In this document: positions 1 through 8,698 of the stretch, piece by piece
How positions within the stretch are numbered: the stretch's first letter is position 1
Layout: each line of letters opens with the position of its first letter
IMG/VR virus record: IMGVR_UViG_2534681936_000017
Coordinates: 1 to 42,567 of that record
Direction: 5' to 3' (one strand)
Length of the DNA: 42,567 bases
DNA from: a virus
Taxonomy: Duplodnaviria > Heunggongvirae > Uroviricota > Caudoviricetes
The notes under the pieces: model-generated
What the model saw: the letters and a program-made list of their open reading frames with translations, nothing else
The model's database searches: none
What the model was told of the DNA's origin: nothing
Program-made: the position numbers and the translations under genes

Positions 1-144
1 CAGTTTTTTCAGTCCCGGCCTTTCGGACTTTGTACCGCTTATCTTGTCTTCAAAAATCAGCTCGCATCCTGCACAGTTCAGCGCATTACGTTGTAGATCT
101 GTGTTCTGGTCATTTGTTGACACACGTACATAGCCAATAAGCAT
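1..144 (-). CDS. pin: DNA invertase (Pin/Gin/Hin-family serine recombinase), N-terminal 48 codons only; gene runs off the left window edge
   Basis: Reverse-complement of 1-144 translates MLIGYVRVSTNDQNTDLQRNALNCAGCELIFEDKISGTKSERPGLKKL, the typical N-terminus of Pin/Gin/Cin invertases including the catalytic Ser in YVRVST. Not in the ORF track because truncated. Confidence 0.85.
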   Translation of the reverse strand, partial: MLIGYVRVSTNDQNTDLQRNALNCAGCELIFEDKISGTKSERPGLKKL

Positions 145-198
145 GGTAGCTCTCCCTGACAAAAGCAGGAATGATGCCATTTGCTCGTTATTTCTGTA

Positions 199-224
199 TT
201 TTCATAAACGTTGGTTTGGGAGAA
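199..224. repeat. Invertase crossover site (hix/gix-like 26-bp site), distal copy
   Basis: ttttcataaacgttggtttgggagaa; its reverse complement ttctcccaaaccaacgtttatgaaaa shares the first 14 nt with the site at 2069-2094 and fits the Hin/Gin half-site pattern (TTnTCnnAAACC, central AA). Confidence 0.7.
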
Positions 225-584
225 GCGGCAAAACGGGGGGTGGGAACAGGGGAAAATCAGATACCGGACATGGCTTCATTTAGTGGGGTGAGGGATTATT
301 ACGGAAAACAACTTTTGCCAGGAGGGTTGATACTTCAGTGGCTGACGATTCCATCAAGTGCAGCAGCCAAAGCTGTAACACTGAATAATGGTAATTATCA
401 GCTGTCAGGGTATAAATGGCCCCAGTCATTTGGTGTCCTGTTTGCTGTGTTTGCTACAAAAGTTTCTGGCTCGACTAACGAAGCATATGCAATCTCAGTT
501 AATCGTCACTCTACCGATGTAATTGTCACCTGGAATGCCCGTAAGGCTGATGATGTCCACATTTTAGGAATTGGGAAATTATGA
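199..584 (+). CDS. Alternative tail-fibre C-terminal domain (Sv'), promoterless; would fuse to the constant N-terminal part after inversion
   Basis: Frame is open from 150 through the crossover site (track ORF 171-584); no independent expression expected. Architecture inference by analogy to Mu G segment / e14 P segment. Confidence 0.55.
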
Positions 585-1000
585 AAATGAAATGGTCCCC
601 ATCTGTTCAGGGATTTTTCTCTGAAAATAACAGCGATATTCCCGATGATGCTTTCGATATTGAAGATGCTCTTTATTATGAACTTATGAATGGTCAGAGT
701 ACGGGGAAAATTATTATCAATAACCCGGATAACTACCCTGTACTTACTGAATATCCAGCGAAGACACAGGAACAGGAAATAGCTGAAGCGGAGGGAATGA
801 AAAGTATACTTATTGAACAGGCCAACGAATACATGAACAGTAAGCAATGGCCTGGTAAAGCCGCTATTGGTCGTCTGAAAGGTGAGGAACTGGCGCAATA
901 TAATTTGTGGCTGGATTACCTGGACGCACTGGAACTGGTGGATACCTCCAGTGCCCCAGATATTGAATGGCCTACGCCTCCGGCAGTTCAGGCCAGATGA
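581..1000 (+). CDS. Alternative tail-fibre assembly protein (U'-like)
   Basis: 139 aa; C-terminus [14 protein letters not shown] matches the conserved end of the minus-strand Tfa ([14 protein letters not shown]); start overlaps Sv' stop (ATGA). Confidence 0.7.
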   Translation: MKMKWSPSVQGFFSENNSDIPDDAFDIEDALYYELMNGQSTGKIIINNPDNYPVLTEYPAKTQEQEIAEAEGMKSILIEQANEYMNSKQWPGKAAIGRLKGEELAQYNLWLDYLDALELVDTSSAPDIEWPTPPAVQAR

Positions 1001-1574
1001 CATCAGGCGCGGTGCTGGTATCTGTTGCCGCCACCGCGTCAATGTAATCCAGCACAGCGTTAAGCCGGTTTTTTTCTGCCTGCATCAGCTTCCGTCCGGC
1101 CTGTAATTTCAGCTGAATCAGACTAATGGAAGCCATTGCAGCATCAATCAGTGACTGGCGCTGTGCTTCTGCCGCTTCTACTGCGGCGCTATGCTGTGCC
1201 TCGGTATCCGTGACCCATTTCTCACCATCCCATTTATCGTATGGCGTTAACGGGACGATAGTGGTTGTATTTTCAGGGTAATCACCCGGAGCTGTGATTT
1301 CTTTTGATTCTCCCGTTTCGGTGTTATAGACAACTTCTCCGCGATGGTCTGGCACATATTCCCATGAGTTTAAATCTGCCGAACGGCAGATTGCATAACC
1401 AGCCTTATGTGTGCCAGGAGCATCTAAACAGGAATATGCAGGGATACCGACACCCACAGCAAGATATTCAGTTGATGTGGAAATATATTCCCGTGTTTCA
1501 CCATCATAATTATAAACGGTAATATCTCCCGCCTTTGTGGTGATGAGTTCCTTATTTAATATAGCTTTATCCAT
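972..1574 (-). CDS. Tail-fibre assembly protein (Tfa/U-like chaperone)
   Basis: 200 aa, directly after the tail-fibre gene; conserved Tfa C-terminal motif; its 3' end overlaps the 3' end of the convergent U' gene by 29 bp. Confidence 0.8.
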   Translation of the reverse strand: MDKAILNKELITTKAGDITVYNYDGETREYISTSTEYLAVGVGIPAYSCLDAPGTHKAGYAICRSADLNSWEYVPDHRGEVVYNTETGESKEITAPGDYPENTTTIVPLTPYDKWDGEKWVTDTEAQHSAAVEAAEAQRQSLIDAAMASISLIQLKLQAGRKLMQAEKNRLNAVLDYIDAVAATDTSTAPDVIWPELPEA

Positions 1575-2437
1575 CAGGCAGCCCTTACGATATAATTAAA
1601 AGCGATGTTACGAGGACGAGTTTCTGTACCTACATTTCCACTAATTTCGCCAAAACGTTTTACACTACGAGTACTAATAGCTCGTAGTGAGGAAGGTACC
1701 TTAATACCGGGTTCGTCTGTTTTAACTATTCCCCCGTCACCGTATGTAGCCAGTATTCCTGGGTTTACGCCTTCCCGTGCACTTCCTGCGGCGAGTCCGC
1801 CCCCTGTCCATAATTCCATATAGTGTGCATGGTCCAAAATTGTGTGTGGCTGCCAATTAAGCAAAGCGCGACCAGTATCAATCCCGCGACCGTCATCCCA
1901 GCCACGAATAAATTCACCGCGTAAATCAGGCAATTTATTGGTCGGGTAAGCCTTTGCCAGTTCCGGGTATTCTTCAGCAGAAAAAGCCGCACCATTGCAT
2001 TTCAGCCAGCCTGTTGGCGGTGTGGCTGAAGGCCACGGAACAGGTACACCAACGGGTAACGCTGAGCCTTCTCCCAAACCAAGGTTTTCGAGAGCCGTTT
2101 TCACCGTACCATCCGATTTGATATCGCCAAACGGATTTTGGCGACTCAGGTATTCAGCAGCAAACCCCGATCCCAGCAATTCAACAAAACCGGGCAGATC
2201 ACCATTATCAAGCACATCCCGTTGTGTTTTATCACTTACAAACTGGGCCAGAGCTGCAGCAATAAAGCTGGCCTGCCGAATAACCTTATTGACTTGCGCA
2301 CTGGATGCTTTCCCTGCTGTAAATCCGGATAAAAGCGCAGGCAACGCTTCCCATTCCTCCTGCGACATAACATTGGCATTTCGATCAGTTGCAAACGCTT
2401 TAAAGTCATTTTTCGCCATCAGAGTAATACTCCCCAT
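1574..2437 (-). CDS. Tail fibre protein (constant N-terminal part about aa 1-120 plus variable C-terminal part inside the invertible segment)
   Basis: 287 aa; position before Tfa; crossover site lies in-frame at codons 115-123. Confidence 0.75.
   Translation of the reverse strand: MGSITLMAKNDFKAFATDRNANVMSQEEWEALPALLSGFTAGKASSAQVNKVIRQASFIAAALAQFVSDKTQRDVLDNGDLPGFVELLGSGFAAEYLSRQNPFGDIKSDGTVKTALENLGLGEGSALPVGVPVPWPSATPPTGWLKCNGAAFSAEEYPELAKAYPTNKLPDLRGEFIRGWDDGRGIDTGRALLNWQPHTILDHAHYMELWTGGGLAAGSAREGVNPGILATYGDGGIVKTDEPGIKVPSSLRAISTRSVKRFGEISGNVGTETRPRNIAFNYIVRAA
2069..2094. repeat. Invertase crossover site (hix/gix-like), proximal copy inside the tail-fibre gene
   Basis: ttctcccaaaccaaggttttcgagag, imperfect dyad around central AA; resembles hixL TTCTTGAAAACCAAGGTTTTTGATAA from memory. 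Encodes ENLGLGE in the tail fibre; the distal site encodes INVGLGE in the alternate reading frame. Confidence 0.7.
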
Positions 2438-3099
2438 GCCCCTACATCAAAACCACTGATGAATTCGTTATCCATATCAAAACCAAAAAATTTAGAGCCT
2501 TCCGATGGAGTTTCCACCGAAGGTGTTTCAATGCCCCCCGCCCATACCCCGGCGGCTTTTACTGTGAGATACCCCTGTTTAATTGCCGCAATTAACTCAC
2601 GCGATACATCTGAAATATCAGCATCAGGAAAGACCCAGACCGATATCGTCATGTCCTGGTTATCGACTATCTGCATTCGCAGCCCGGATCCTGCTGTTGC
2701 AGCGTCAAGAATTGCTGGAAGCGAATCATTCCGTCCGTCCCAGTTATTAATCGCAATCTTCGCTTTAAGGATGACACGATAAGTTTCATCGCTGAGGTAC
2801 ATGTATCCGGAATCAGGATCGTATGGCCCCTGCCATACACCCTGATCATATCCAAGCCCGTCGGTATCCCAGCTGAAATAGACACCTGAGATAGGCTGGC
2901 TGACAACACGGCTACGCCCGATCCACAATCCCAGAATGTCAAGTTGCACACCAACCGCAGAGTCAATATCAAATGCAGTAATCAGCCCTCTGGTGGCCGC
3001 CGCAACATCAATAAGCGGCCGGGTCATCAGATCAACATGTGCAAGAAATTTAGGTTTGGTGACGTGGTAGTTCGTGATTAGTTCGGTGTATTTGCTCAT
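2419..3099 (-). CDS. Tail/baseplate protein (Mu gp48-like, putative)
   Basis: 226 aa, position between baseplate J-like gene and tail fibre. Confidence 0.5.
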   Translation of the reverse strand: MSKYTELITNYHVTKPKFLAHVDLMTRPLIDVAAATRGLITAFDIDSAVGVQLDILGLWIGRSRVVSQPISGVYFSWDTDGLGYDQGVWQGPYDPDSGYMYLSDETYRVILKAKIAINNWDGRNDSLPAILDAATAGSGLRMQIVDNQDMTISVWVFPDADISDVSRELIAAIKQGYLTVKAAGVWAGGIETPSVETPSEGSKFFGFDMDNEFISGFDVGAWGVLL

Positions 3100-4295
3100 G
3101 ACTCCACCGTTATAACGATATTTTCCGGGGTACAGGACGCAGATTCGTTGTATCTGATATCAATGTTTGATGACGACAAAGCCCCCGGGGATTTCCCAAT
3201 CGTCAGTTCCTGAATATCGTAATAGCGTGCATTCCCGCCACTCACCACGCCAAGATTCGCCGGTGAGTAAATGCGACTTAAAAGGACCGAATCACCAATC
3301 ATCAGACTATTGATATAGTCGGAAATAGCCTGCTGGATCTGCTGCCCTATCTGTGAGGTATAACCCGTAAAAACTTTTAATTTAATCCGGGCATAAACAG
3401 GTACATCACTGGAACGCGAGAATTTGATTACATGGGGATTGCCGTATTTATCCGGAACAGTAACGGATGTTGTACCGTGGGTGGCTGTCCCCTGGCCTTT
3501 ATTCCCTCTGATAGCCTGAGCAATATCCGTCACATCACCGCCATCCACAATTACAGCAACAGAGTGTGGCGGTAACCCGTTACCGTCCTCCGAACCAGTA
3601 TCGTTTTCATAGATTTTGTGGCGGGTTACACCGGTAACATTAGAAACAGCACCATCCAGTGCTTCAAATGGGGTTATTGATGGCAACGCAACACTTTGCG
3701 ACTGACGGATACGTAACTCCGCGTCAGTTTCTGCCGAAGTGCCCACAGTAGCCGCAGCAGGATTAGTTACCGAAACCCAGCCACGGGTTGGCGTATTAAT
3801 TTCAGTGATAGTTCCAGCCAGCGCCGCCACTGCACCACTGACGGAACATGTTGCGGTCGCCATCACTGTACCATCCACGCCGACCACTACTGAAGCAGGC
3901 AAACGCCATATCACATTATTACTGTCTTTCACGCTGCCATTAATGATGGTTGTTCCGGCAGTTCCTGCAAGAAGCAAATCAACCGTAGAGTTCGTCGCGC
4001 CTTTACGTGAAATACCATTTATTTTCACGTTACTGGTCAGTGCAGCCCCATAGCCGGTTGCCGGTGAAAAACAGTTGTAGACAGTTATCGCCATATTATT
4101 GGCATCATGAATCGCCAGCGCCATCAGAGCCACCATCTGGCCGTCTTTGCTGTCCGGTTCGAGGTAGGCATCACTGCCATAAATCTGCTGAAAATAGCTA
4201 ATCAGGGTGCTGAGTATCGTCTGATAATCAGGCGCACTGATCCCCTCCGCGGTTACCTTTGCAGATAAACCGAGAGAATCAAGGTTCAGAGCCAT
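3096..4295 (-). CDS. Baseplate J-like protein
   Basis: 399 aa, synteny within a V-W-J-type baseplate cluster; Ala/Gly/Thr-rich beta-type sequence. Confidence 0.65.
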   Translation of the reverse strand: MALNLDSLGLSAKVTAEGISAPDYQTILSTLISYFQQIYGSDAYLEPDSKDGQMVALMALAIHDANNMAITVYNCFSPATGYGAALTSNVKINGISRKGATNSTVDLLLAGTAGTTIINGSVKDSNNVIWRLPASVVVGVDGTVMATATCSVSGAVAALAGTITEINTPTRGWVSVTNPAAATVGTSAETDAELRIRQSQSVALPSITPFEALDGAVSNVTGVTRHKIYENDTGSEDGNGLPPHSVAVIVDGGDVTDIAQAIRGNKGQGTATHGTTSVTVPDKYGNPHVIKFSRSSDVPVYARIKLKVFTGYTSQIGQQIQQAISDYINSLMIGDSVLLSRIYSPANLGVVSGGNARYYDIQELTIGKSPGALSSSNIDIRYNESASCTPENIVITVES

Positions 4296-4648
4296 TACGC
4301 CTCCGATGTAACAGTCGTTATTCCATAAAGAGTGTCGATTTCAGCGGAAAACATGACACGTCGGGTCGTGGTATCCACCGTCGTATTGAAAGAGAGGATT
4401 GATTTAACGCCCCGCGTTTCGAGGATGCGCTTACGGATCGCCAGGTTGTAGGTTTCAGGCTTCTGCTTACCGAGTACGGACTGGATCCACGGAGTCCCCT
4501 CGGTGGTGTCGAGAAACCATTGCCCATACCACAATTCGAATCGCGTTTTTACCGCCTGCGCCACGGCCTCCGGTGAGTTAATCAGCCAGGTGTCATCACC
4601 GCTGCCAAAGGTGTAATCGCCATCGGCGTCTTCACGTCTGTATCGCAT
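4295..4648 (-). CDS. Baseplate protein (gpW/gp25-like, putative)
   Basis: 117 aa, position between spike/V-like and J-like genes. Confidence 0.5.
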   Translation of the reverse strand: MRYRREDADGDYTFGSGDDTWLINSPEAVAQAVKTRFELWYGQWFLDTTEGTPWIQSVLGKQKPETYNLAIRKRILETRGVKSILSFNTTVDTTTRRVMFSAEIDTLYGITTVTSEA

Positions 4649-5400
4649 CAGTTTACCCCGTCGGTACTGCTTCCACCGCGCTGAACACCACCATGAGTGT
4701 GCGTATCATCGATTGGCTTGCCGTTAGCCTTCACGCTCCCCAAGAACTCAACAGCACCAGTGATTTTTGAAGCCACACCAGAAACCACAGACCCCACCAT
4801 GCCCCCCATCCAGGTTAACAGGCCATGAATGGTTACTTTCTCAGAAAAATCAGCCAGAGGGGCAACCACATCAAGACCACCCGGAGCGACAATTTTAATT
4901 TTCCTGGTATCAGGATTAAGCTCAAAATAGGTGCTGCCGTCGTCACTACGCAACTGTGTGGCACTGGTATTAATACCGCTCATCTTCCTCGCCTGCGACT
5001 GGGGACCGACAATACAAAATGCATCCGATAAATCATGCATTCTGTCATCGACAGGCTCCTGTATCCCGCCACTCTGCCACCAGAAATCAATACAACGATC
5101 GGCAAAAATCACCAGACATTCATCACCGGCTTTAACCGGGAACGTTAGCGTACAGCCTCCGCCGCGCGGAAATACCACTGGCACATCCACCAGCAGGGGT
5201 AATGTCGTCGACTGGTTGATTCCATTTGAGTCCGGCTCATAGCCTTTAATCGCTGGTTGAACAACTACCGTTACCGTGTCCTGATCAAATGACTGGACGA
5301 TACCGGGCATAGAAACACGCAGCACCGACATGACAGAACCAGCAAGTCTTACATCGGCCTGTTCTTTACTGCCGAGTTGAGAGGAAAGTGAAACTGGCAT
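4648..5400 (-). CDS. Baseplate assembly/spike protein (gpV-like)
   Basis: Track ORF starts with GTG at 5445; ATG at 5400 with GGAG 5 nt upstream is the likelier start (MPVSLSSQ...). Confidence 0.55.
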   Translation of the reverse strand: MPVSLSSQLGSKEQADVRLAGSVMSVLRVSMPGIVQSFDQDTVTVVVQPAIKGYEPDSNGINQSTTLPLLVDVPVVFPRGGGCTLTFPVKAGDECLVIFADRCIDFWWQSGGIQEPVDDRMHDLSDAFCIVGPQSQARKMSGINTSATQLRSDDGSTYFELNPDTRKIKIVAPGGLDVVAPLADFSEKVTIHGLLTWMGGMVGSVVSGVASKITGAVEFLGSVKANGKPIDDTHTHGGVQRGGSSTDGVN

Positions 5401-5418
5401 ATTTTCTCCAGACATAAA

Positions 5419-5441
5419 AAACCCGCTCGACGGCGGGTTAT
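5419..5441 (-). terminator. Rho-independent terminator after doc
   Basis: Minus strand cccgc-N6-gcggg hairpin followed by TTTTTT, directly after the doc stop and overlapping the start region of the V-like gene. Confidence 0.5.
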
Positions 5442-5471
5442 ACACATTTTACGTTTACCGTTGATACGCTA

Positions 5472-5879
5472 TCAGTATCCAGTAATCGTGTCTGCCAGCA
5501 GCTCATTCTTATAATCTGACAAGAGTTTTAGTGCCAGTGCAGTATTATCACAATCAGCTTCTCCAGTAGCAGCAAAGATAGTCAACTTCACCAACTCCAT
5601 GGAGGTGTTAAGTTCATAGCCATTCATTAGCAAGAAAATGCTGGTGGCCTGGAAAGCTGTTCGCTTGTTGGCATCGTTAAAAGCGTGAGACTTCGCTATT
5701 GCTACCATATACATAGCGGCAAATTTAAATAAATCCTCACAGCCTTCATATATGTGCAGATTATGCACCCTGTTCAGGGCACCTTCGAGCTTACCTATAT
5801 CAGGCTGCCCGCTGTTCGGCAGCGTACTTTTCTGAATCGCAATAACCTCATCAACCGAAAGAAACGTAATCTCAGCCAT
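5472..5879 (-). CDS. doc: Doc toxin (Fic/Doc family, death-on-curing)
   Basis: 135 aa; contains HAFNDANKRTAF matching the Doc/Fic motif Hx(F)x(D/N)ANKR; start overlaps phd stop (TAATG). Confidence 0.85.
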   Translation of the reverse strand: MAEITFLSVDEVIAIQKSTLPNSGQPDIGKLEGALNRVHNLHIYEGCEDLFKFAAMYMVAIAKSHAFNDANKRTAFQATSIFLLMNGYELNTSMELVKLTIFAATGEADCDNTALALKLLSDYKNELLADTITGY

Positions 5880-6292
5880 TATTTATCTTCCAGTTTTTTT
5901 ATAATTTCCGCATGCTTAGTCTGAGTATGTTGCAAAGCTTTAATAAATGACTCTGATACGCCCTGCAGGGCAAGTGCAGCATTGGCAGCCTTCATCATTG
6001 CCTGGCGCGCCTCATCAGACTGCAGAAGGACATCTAATTGCTTAGTAAACTTCATGACTCCCTCCGTTACCTGTGGGGATAAATTAGATGAAATTAACTG
6101 TGCAAGATGCGCATCTATCGTTTTGTTTTGTGGCTTAATTTCTTTTCCAGACACCACCTTATCAACGGTTTTTGCACTGATAACAGTATCAGGCTTCCCC
6201 CGTTGCGTTACCGTTACACTCTCACCTGAGCGTAACAATTCCAGCGTGGCAGATAAATCCGAACGCATTTGTGTATAAGTAATGGTTTTCAT
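5879..6292 (-). CDS. phd: Phd/YefM-family antitoxin
   Basis: N-terminus MKTITYTQMRSDLSATLELLRSGESVTVTQRGKPDTVISA resembles YefM/Phd; start at 6292 has a GAGAGGG RBS; unusually long (137 aa) for this family. Confidence 0.8.
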   Translation of the reverse strand: MKTITYTQMRSDLSATLELLRSGESVTVTQRGKPDTVISAKTVDKVVSGKEIKPQNKTIDAHLAQLISSNLSPQVTEGVMKFTKQLDVLLQSDEARQAMMKAANAALALQGVSESFIKALQHTQTKHAEIIKKLEDK

Positions 6293-6303
6293 AGCACCCT
6301 CTC

Positions 6304-6315
6304 TGTACATGTACA
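6304..6315. promoter_or_regulatory. Perfect 12-bp palindrome TGTACATGTACA, candidate Phd/Doc operator
   Basis: Lies 12 nt upstream of the phd start codon on the coding strand. Confidence 0.35.
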
Positions 6316-6372
6316 GATTAGCGCATATTCAAGATGAGAGAGCAATGATTAATACAGTTGTGTTGGTAAAGA

Positions 6373-6708
6373 TCACTTCACCTTCCGGCAATCATACGTC
6401 CAGAACTCCCGAGGCTCGTCCATATTTTTGCGGATAACTTCAACGTTGAGGATCGGCTTGCCATTTCTGGCCACAAAATCCATCCCTAACCAACGCCCAT
6501 TACCCGGAATCATCCATTGGATGTTCACATTGTCATAATCACCTTCCTGTTTGAGAAAGATGATTTTCTGTGTCTCCGGTTTCTGTCCATTAATCCTTGC
6601 AAGTCCGTCTTGCGCTTTCCAGTTGATCGTAAATGGTCCGCAACCTGTATCAGCAAAGGAAATGAAGGAGATACAGACAAGTAAAACTGTCAACAATAGT
6701 CTTTTCAT
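6373..6708 (-). CDS. Small secreted (signal-peptide) protein of unknown function
   Basis: 111 aa; N-terminus MKRLLLTVLLVCISFISFA is a signal peptide (not a canonical lipobox); start overlaps the stop of the upstream hub-like gene (ATGA). Confidence 0.55.
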   Translation of the reverse strand: MKRLLLTVLLVCISFISFADTGCGPFTINWKAQDGLARINGQKPETQKIIFLKQEGDYDNVNIQWMIPGNGRWLGMDFVARNGKPILNVEVIRKNMDEPREFWTYDCRKVK

Positions 6709-7736
6709 GTGTATTTCGCCGCATCAATCCCTTTCGAGTTAAGCAATTCTTTGCCACCTTTAGCCAGGCAAAGCAGGTCCATATACCACGCCTGCCCTCG
6801 GGTGTCGCCAGTATAATCAATGCTGCCCACAATGTAATCACCGTCAGTATTAATACTGGCAGGCTGTGACATGCCTGGCAGACCGTTAACGTAGAGATTA
6901 CCGTCGCTTTCAGACTCATCCAGTCGTGCTGGCGATTTCGCTACCAGGTCATTACTCAAAGAGGCACGGTATACAGATGCCTGATCCAGACGAATAAGCC
7001 CACCGAGCTTAATATTTGGGTTAATCAGACATCTGACATTTACGCCAGCTCCCATCGTCTGCTGTGGCATACCGATAAGCCCGGTGTTAGCGTTCAACAC
7101 CGTAGCAACACCAATATATTTATCTTCAGGAACAATATTTACCAGATTATTTTCATACCACCAGTTAGCTTTACACTGCCCTGCGATATGATTCATCAAC
7201 CTTGATGTGTTTTGATAAACAACGCGACCTCGGGGAAATACCGTTTCCGGCATGTCAGGAACTGCGCCGGATTCGATGCCATATGGTTCGAATGATTTCA
7301 TACCCAGACTGAAAAGATCGCTGTACTTCCAGCCAGCGGCCACTGTGGTTTTCACACTTGCGTTCAGGTGGCCTTCCCAGCTGTCAATACACTGCAACAT
7401 GATCCAACTGTCTGTGGCATTATCTTTACCAGTGACAGTAAAACGGATATCTCCATTGAATATCATACCAACGTTTTCATCAGGATAATTACCTGCTGCA
7501 TCCGGTTGCCCCTTGTATCCGGCAATAACCTGTATACGCGAAAACTCCTTCTGCATAATCCGGTTCTGAGTGGTAGGGGATAGGTTATAAACCTTAAAAT
7601 TCCCAACGAATCCATTAAATATGGTCGCAGGCATTTTCTGAATATTGAAAGTGACTTTAAGCTCAGAAATTTTTATCCCGTCGCCCTTATCATCAACAAG
7701 CAATAATTCAAAGTGACGCATCCAGTTTTTCGACAT
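6705..7736 (-). CDS. Baseplate hub / tail protein (gpD-like, putative)
   Basis: 343 aa, between tape-measure-proximal tail genes and the V-W-J cluster. Confidence 0.5.
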   Translation of the reverse strand: MSKNWMRHFELLLVDDKGDGIKISELKVTFNIQKMPATIFNGFVGNFKVYNLSPTTQNRIMQKEFSRIQVIAGYKGQPDAAGNYPDENVGMIFNGDIRFTVTGKDNATDSWIMLQCIDSWEGHLNASVKTTVAAGWKYSDLFSLGMKSFEPYGIESGAVPDMPETVFPRGRVVYQNTSRLMNHIAGQCKANWWYENNLVNIVPEDKYIGVATVLNANTGLIGMPQQTMGAGVNVRCLINPNIKLGGLIRLDQASVYRASLSNDLVAKSPARLDESESDGNLYVNGLPGMSQPASINTDGDYIVGSIDYTGDTRGQAWYMDLLCLAKGGKELLNSKGIDAAKYT

Positions 7737-7738
7737 TG

Positions 7739-8041
7739 TTACTCCGTGAAAACATAGAGGTGTGAGAGCGTTCCAAGATCGAATTGCGTCGGATTCTCCT
7801 GCCCTGCCACATCGCAGAGCACCACCAGAGAAAAACCAAGATCCATATATCGATACTGTGCCAGCAGGTCAGCCCCCGTAATCATCGGTATACCTGATAT
7901 AATGGCGGAGCCATTGCTGTCAGCAAGATCCAGAACCCAGTACTCGCCTCGCCAGATGACAGACAGGTGATAAACCGAACCGTTAATTGTGGTGGCAAAA
8001 GTCTGATTGTCAGCAACCAATGGGATTTCTACGGCTTTCAT
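7739..8041 (-). CDS. Hypothetical tail protein
   Basis: 100 aa ORF tightly packed in the tail operon. Confidence 0.4.
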   Translation of the reverse strand: MKAVEIPLVADNQTFATTINGSVYHLSVIWRGEYWVLDLADSNGSAIISGIPMITGADLLAQYRYMDLGFSLVVLCDVAGQENPTQFDLGTLSHLYVFTE

Positions 8042-8044
8042 GAA

Positions 8045-8698
8045 TCACCTTCCCAGAAATAAATTGCTCAAATACCCATCAACAGTGGAGATACCTTCTT
8101 GCGCCATCTGTGGCAGCGATTTCAGAATGGAATTATTCGGCGGCACCGTTGTTTTGGTGCCTGTATTCTGCACAGCAGACGTTCCGACTCCCTCGGTCAT
8201 ATTGTTTTTCGGGGCAACCCTGACTGACTGCGTGGAGGTAATAATTACTTCTCTGAGGGTAAGTGTCGCCAGAAGCACATTTTCACTACTCTTATCGGTC
8301 GTGACCTCCAGCGTTTTTATCAACATATTGTTGTAAATACGCTTGCCGGTTGTCACATCGAAAGGAATACGATTCCGCTGCAGGTTAAGCAGTTCCTGAT
8401 ACAGTTCTTTCGGGCTCAGCCCCAGTAAACTGGTAGCAGTCAGGTTACTGGCAAAATCAAGCAGCGATCCGCCTCCGGAAAAACCGGTTTCCATCACAAC
8501 CTCAGAAGGGCGCCTGAATGCGTGTTCTGATATGTAACCAGCGCCCTCACCACTGGCACCAGCATTCGTGGGCTGTTCAACCGGATGTTCCGTAATTTCC
8601 AGGGCGTCAGTGTGCTTTTCGGTAATAACCACATCAGGAATAATGATTCCTATTGAGCGGGTTCGCTGCTGCAGTAAAACAGATAAAAAGTCCATCAC
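8045..8698 (-). CDS. Tail protein (putative)
   Basis: 217 aa, immediately after the tape measure gene with a 4-nt overlap. Confidence 0.45.
   Translation of the reverse strand: MMDFLSVLLQQRTRSIGIIIPDVVITEKHTDALEITEHPVEQPTNAGASGEGAGYISEHAFRRPSEVVMETGFSGGGSLLDFASNLTATSLLGLSPKELYQELLNLQRNRIPFDVTTGKRIYNNMLIKTLEVTTDKSSENVLLATLTLREVIITSTQSVRVAPKNNMTEGVGTSAVQNTGTKTTVPPNNSILKSLPQMAQEGISTVDGYLSNLFLGR

Larger units (their letters stand above)
199..2094. other. Invertible tail-fibre segment (G/P-segment-like, about 1.9 kb): Sv-U in expressed orientation, U'-Sv' silent
   Basis: Inverted crossover sites at both ends; inside are two opposed sets of tail-fibre C-terminus plus tail-fibre-assembly genes; invertase gene starts immediately outside at 144. 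Confidence 0.75.

Noticed and set aside
1995-2459. 154-aa plus-strand ORF antisense to the tail fibre gene
   Set aside because: Shadow ORF inside a well-supported minus-strand gene; Pro/Ser/Arg-rich.
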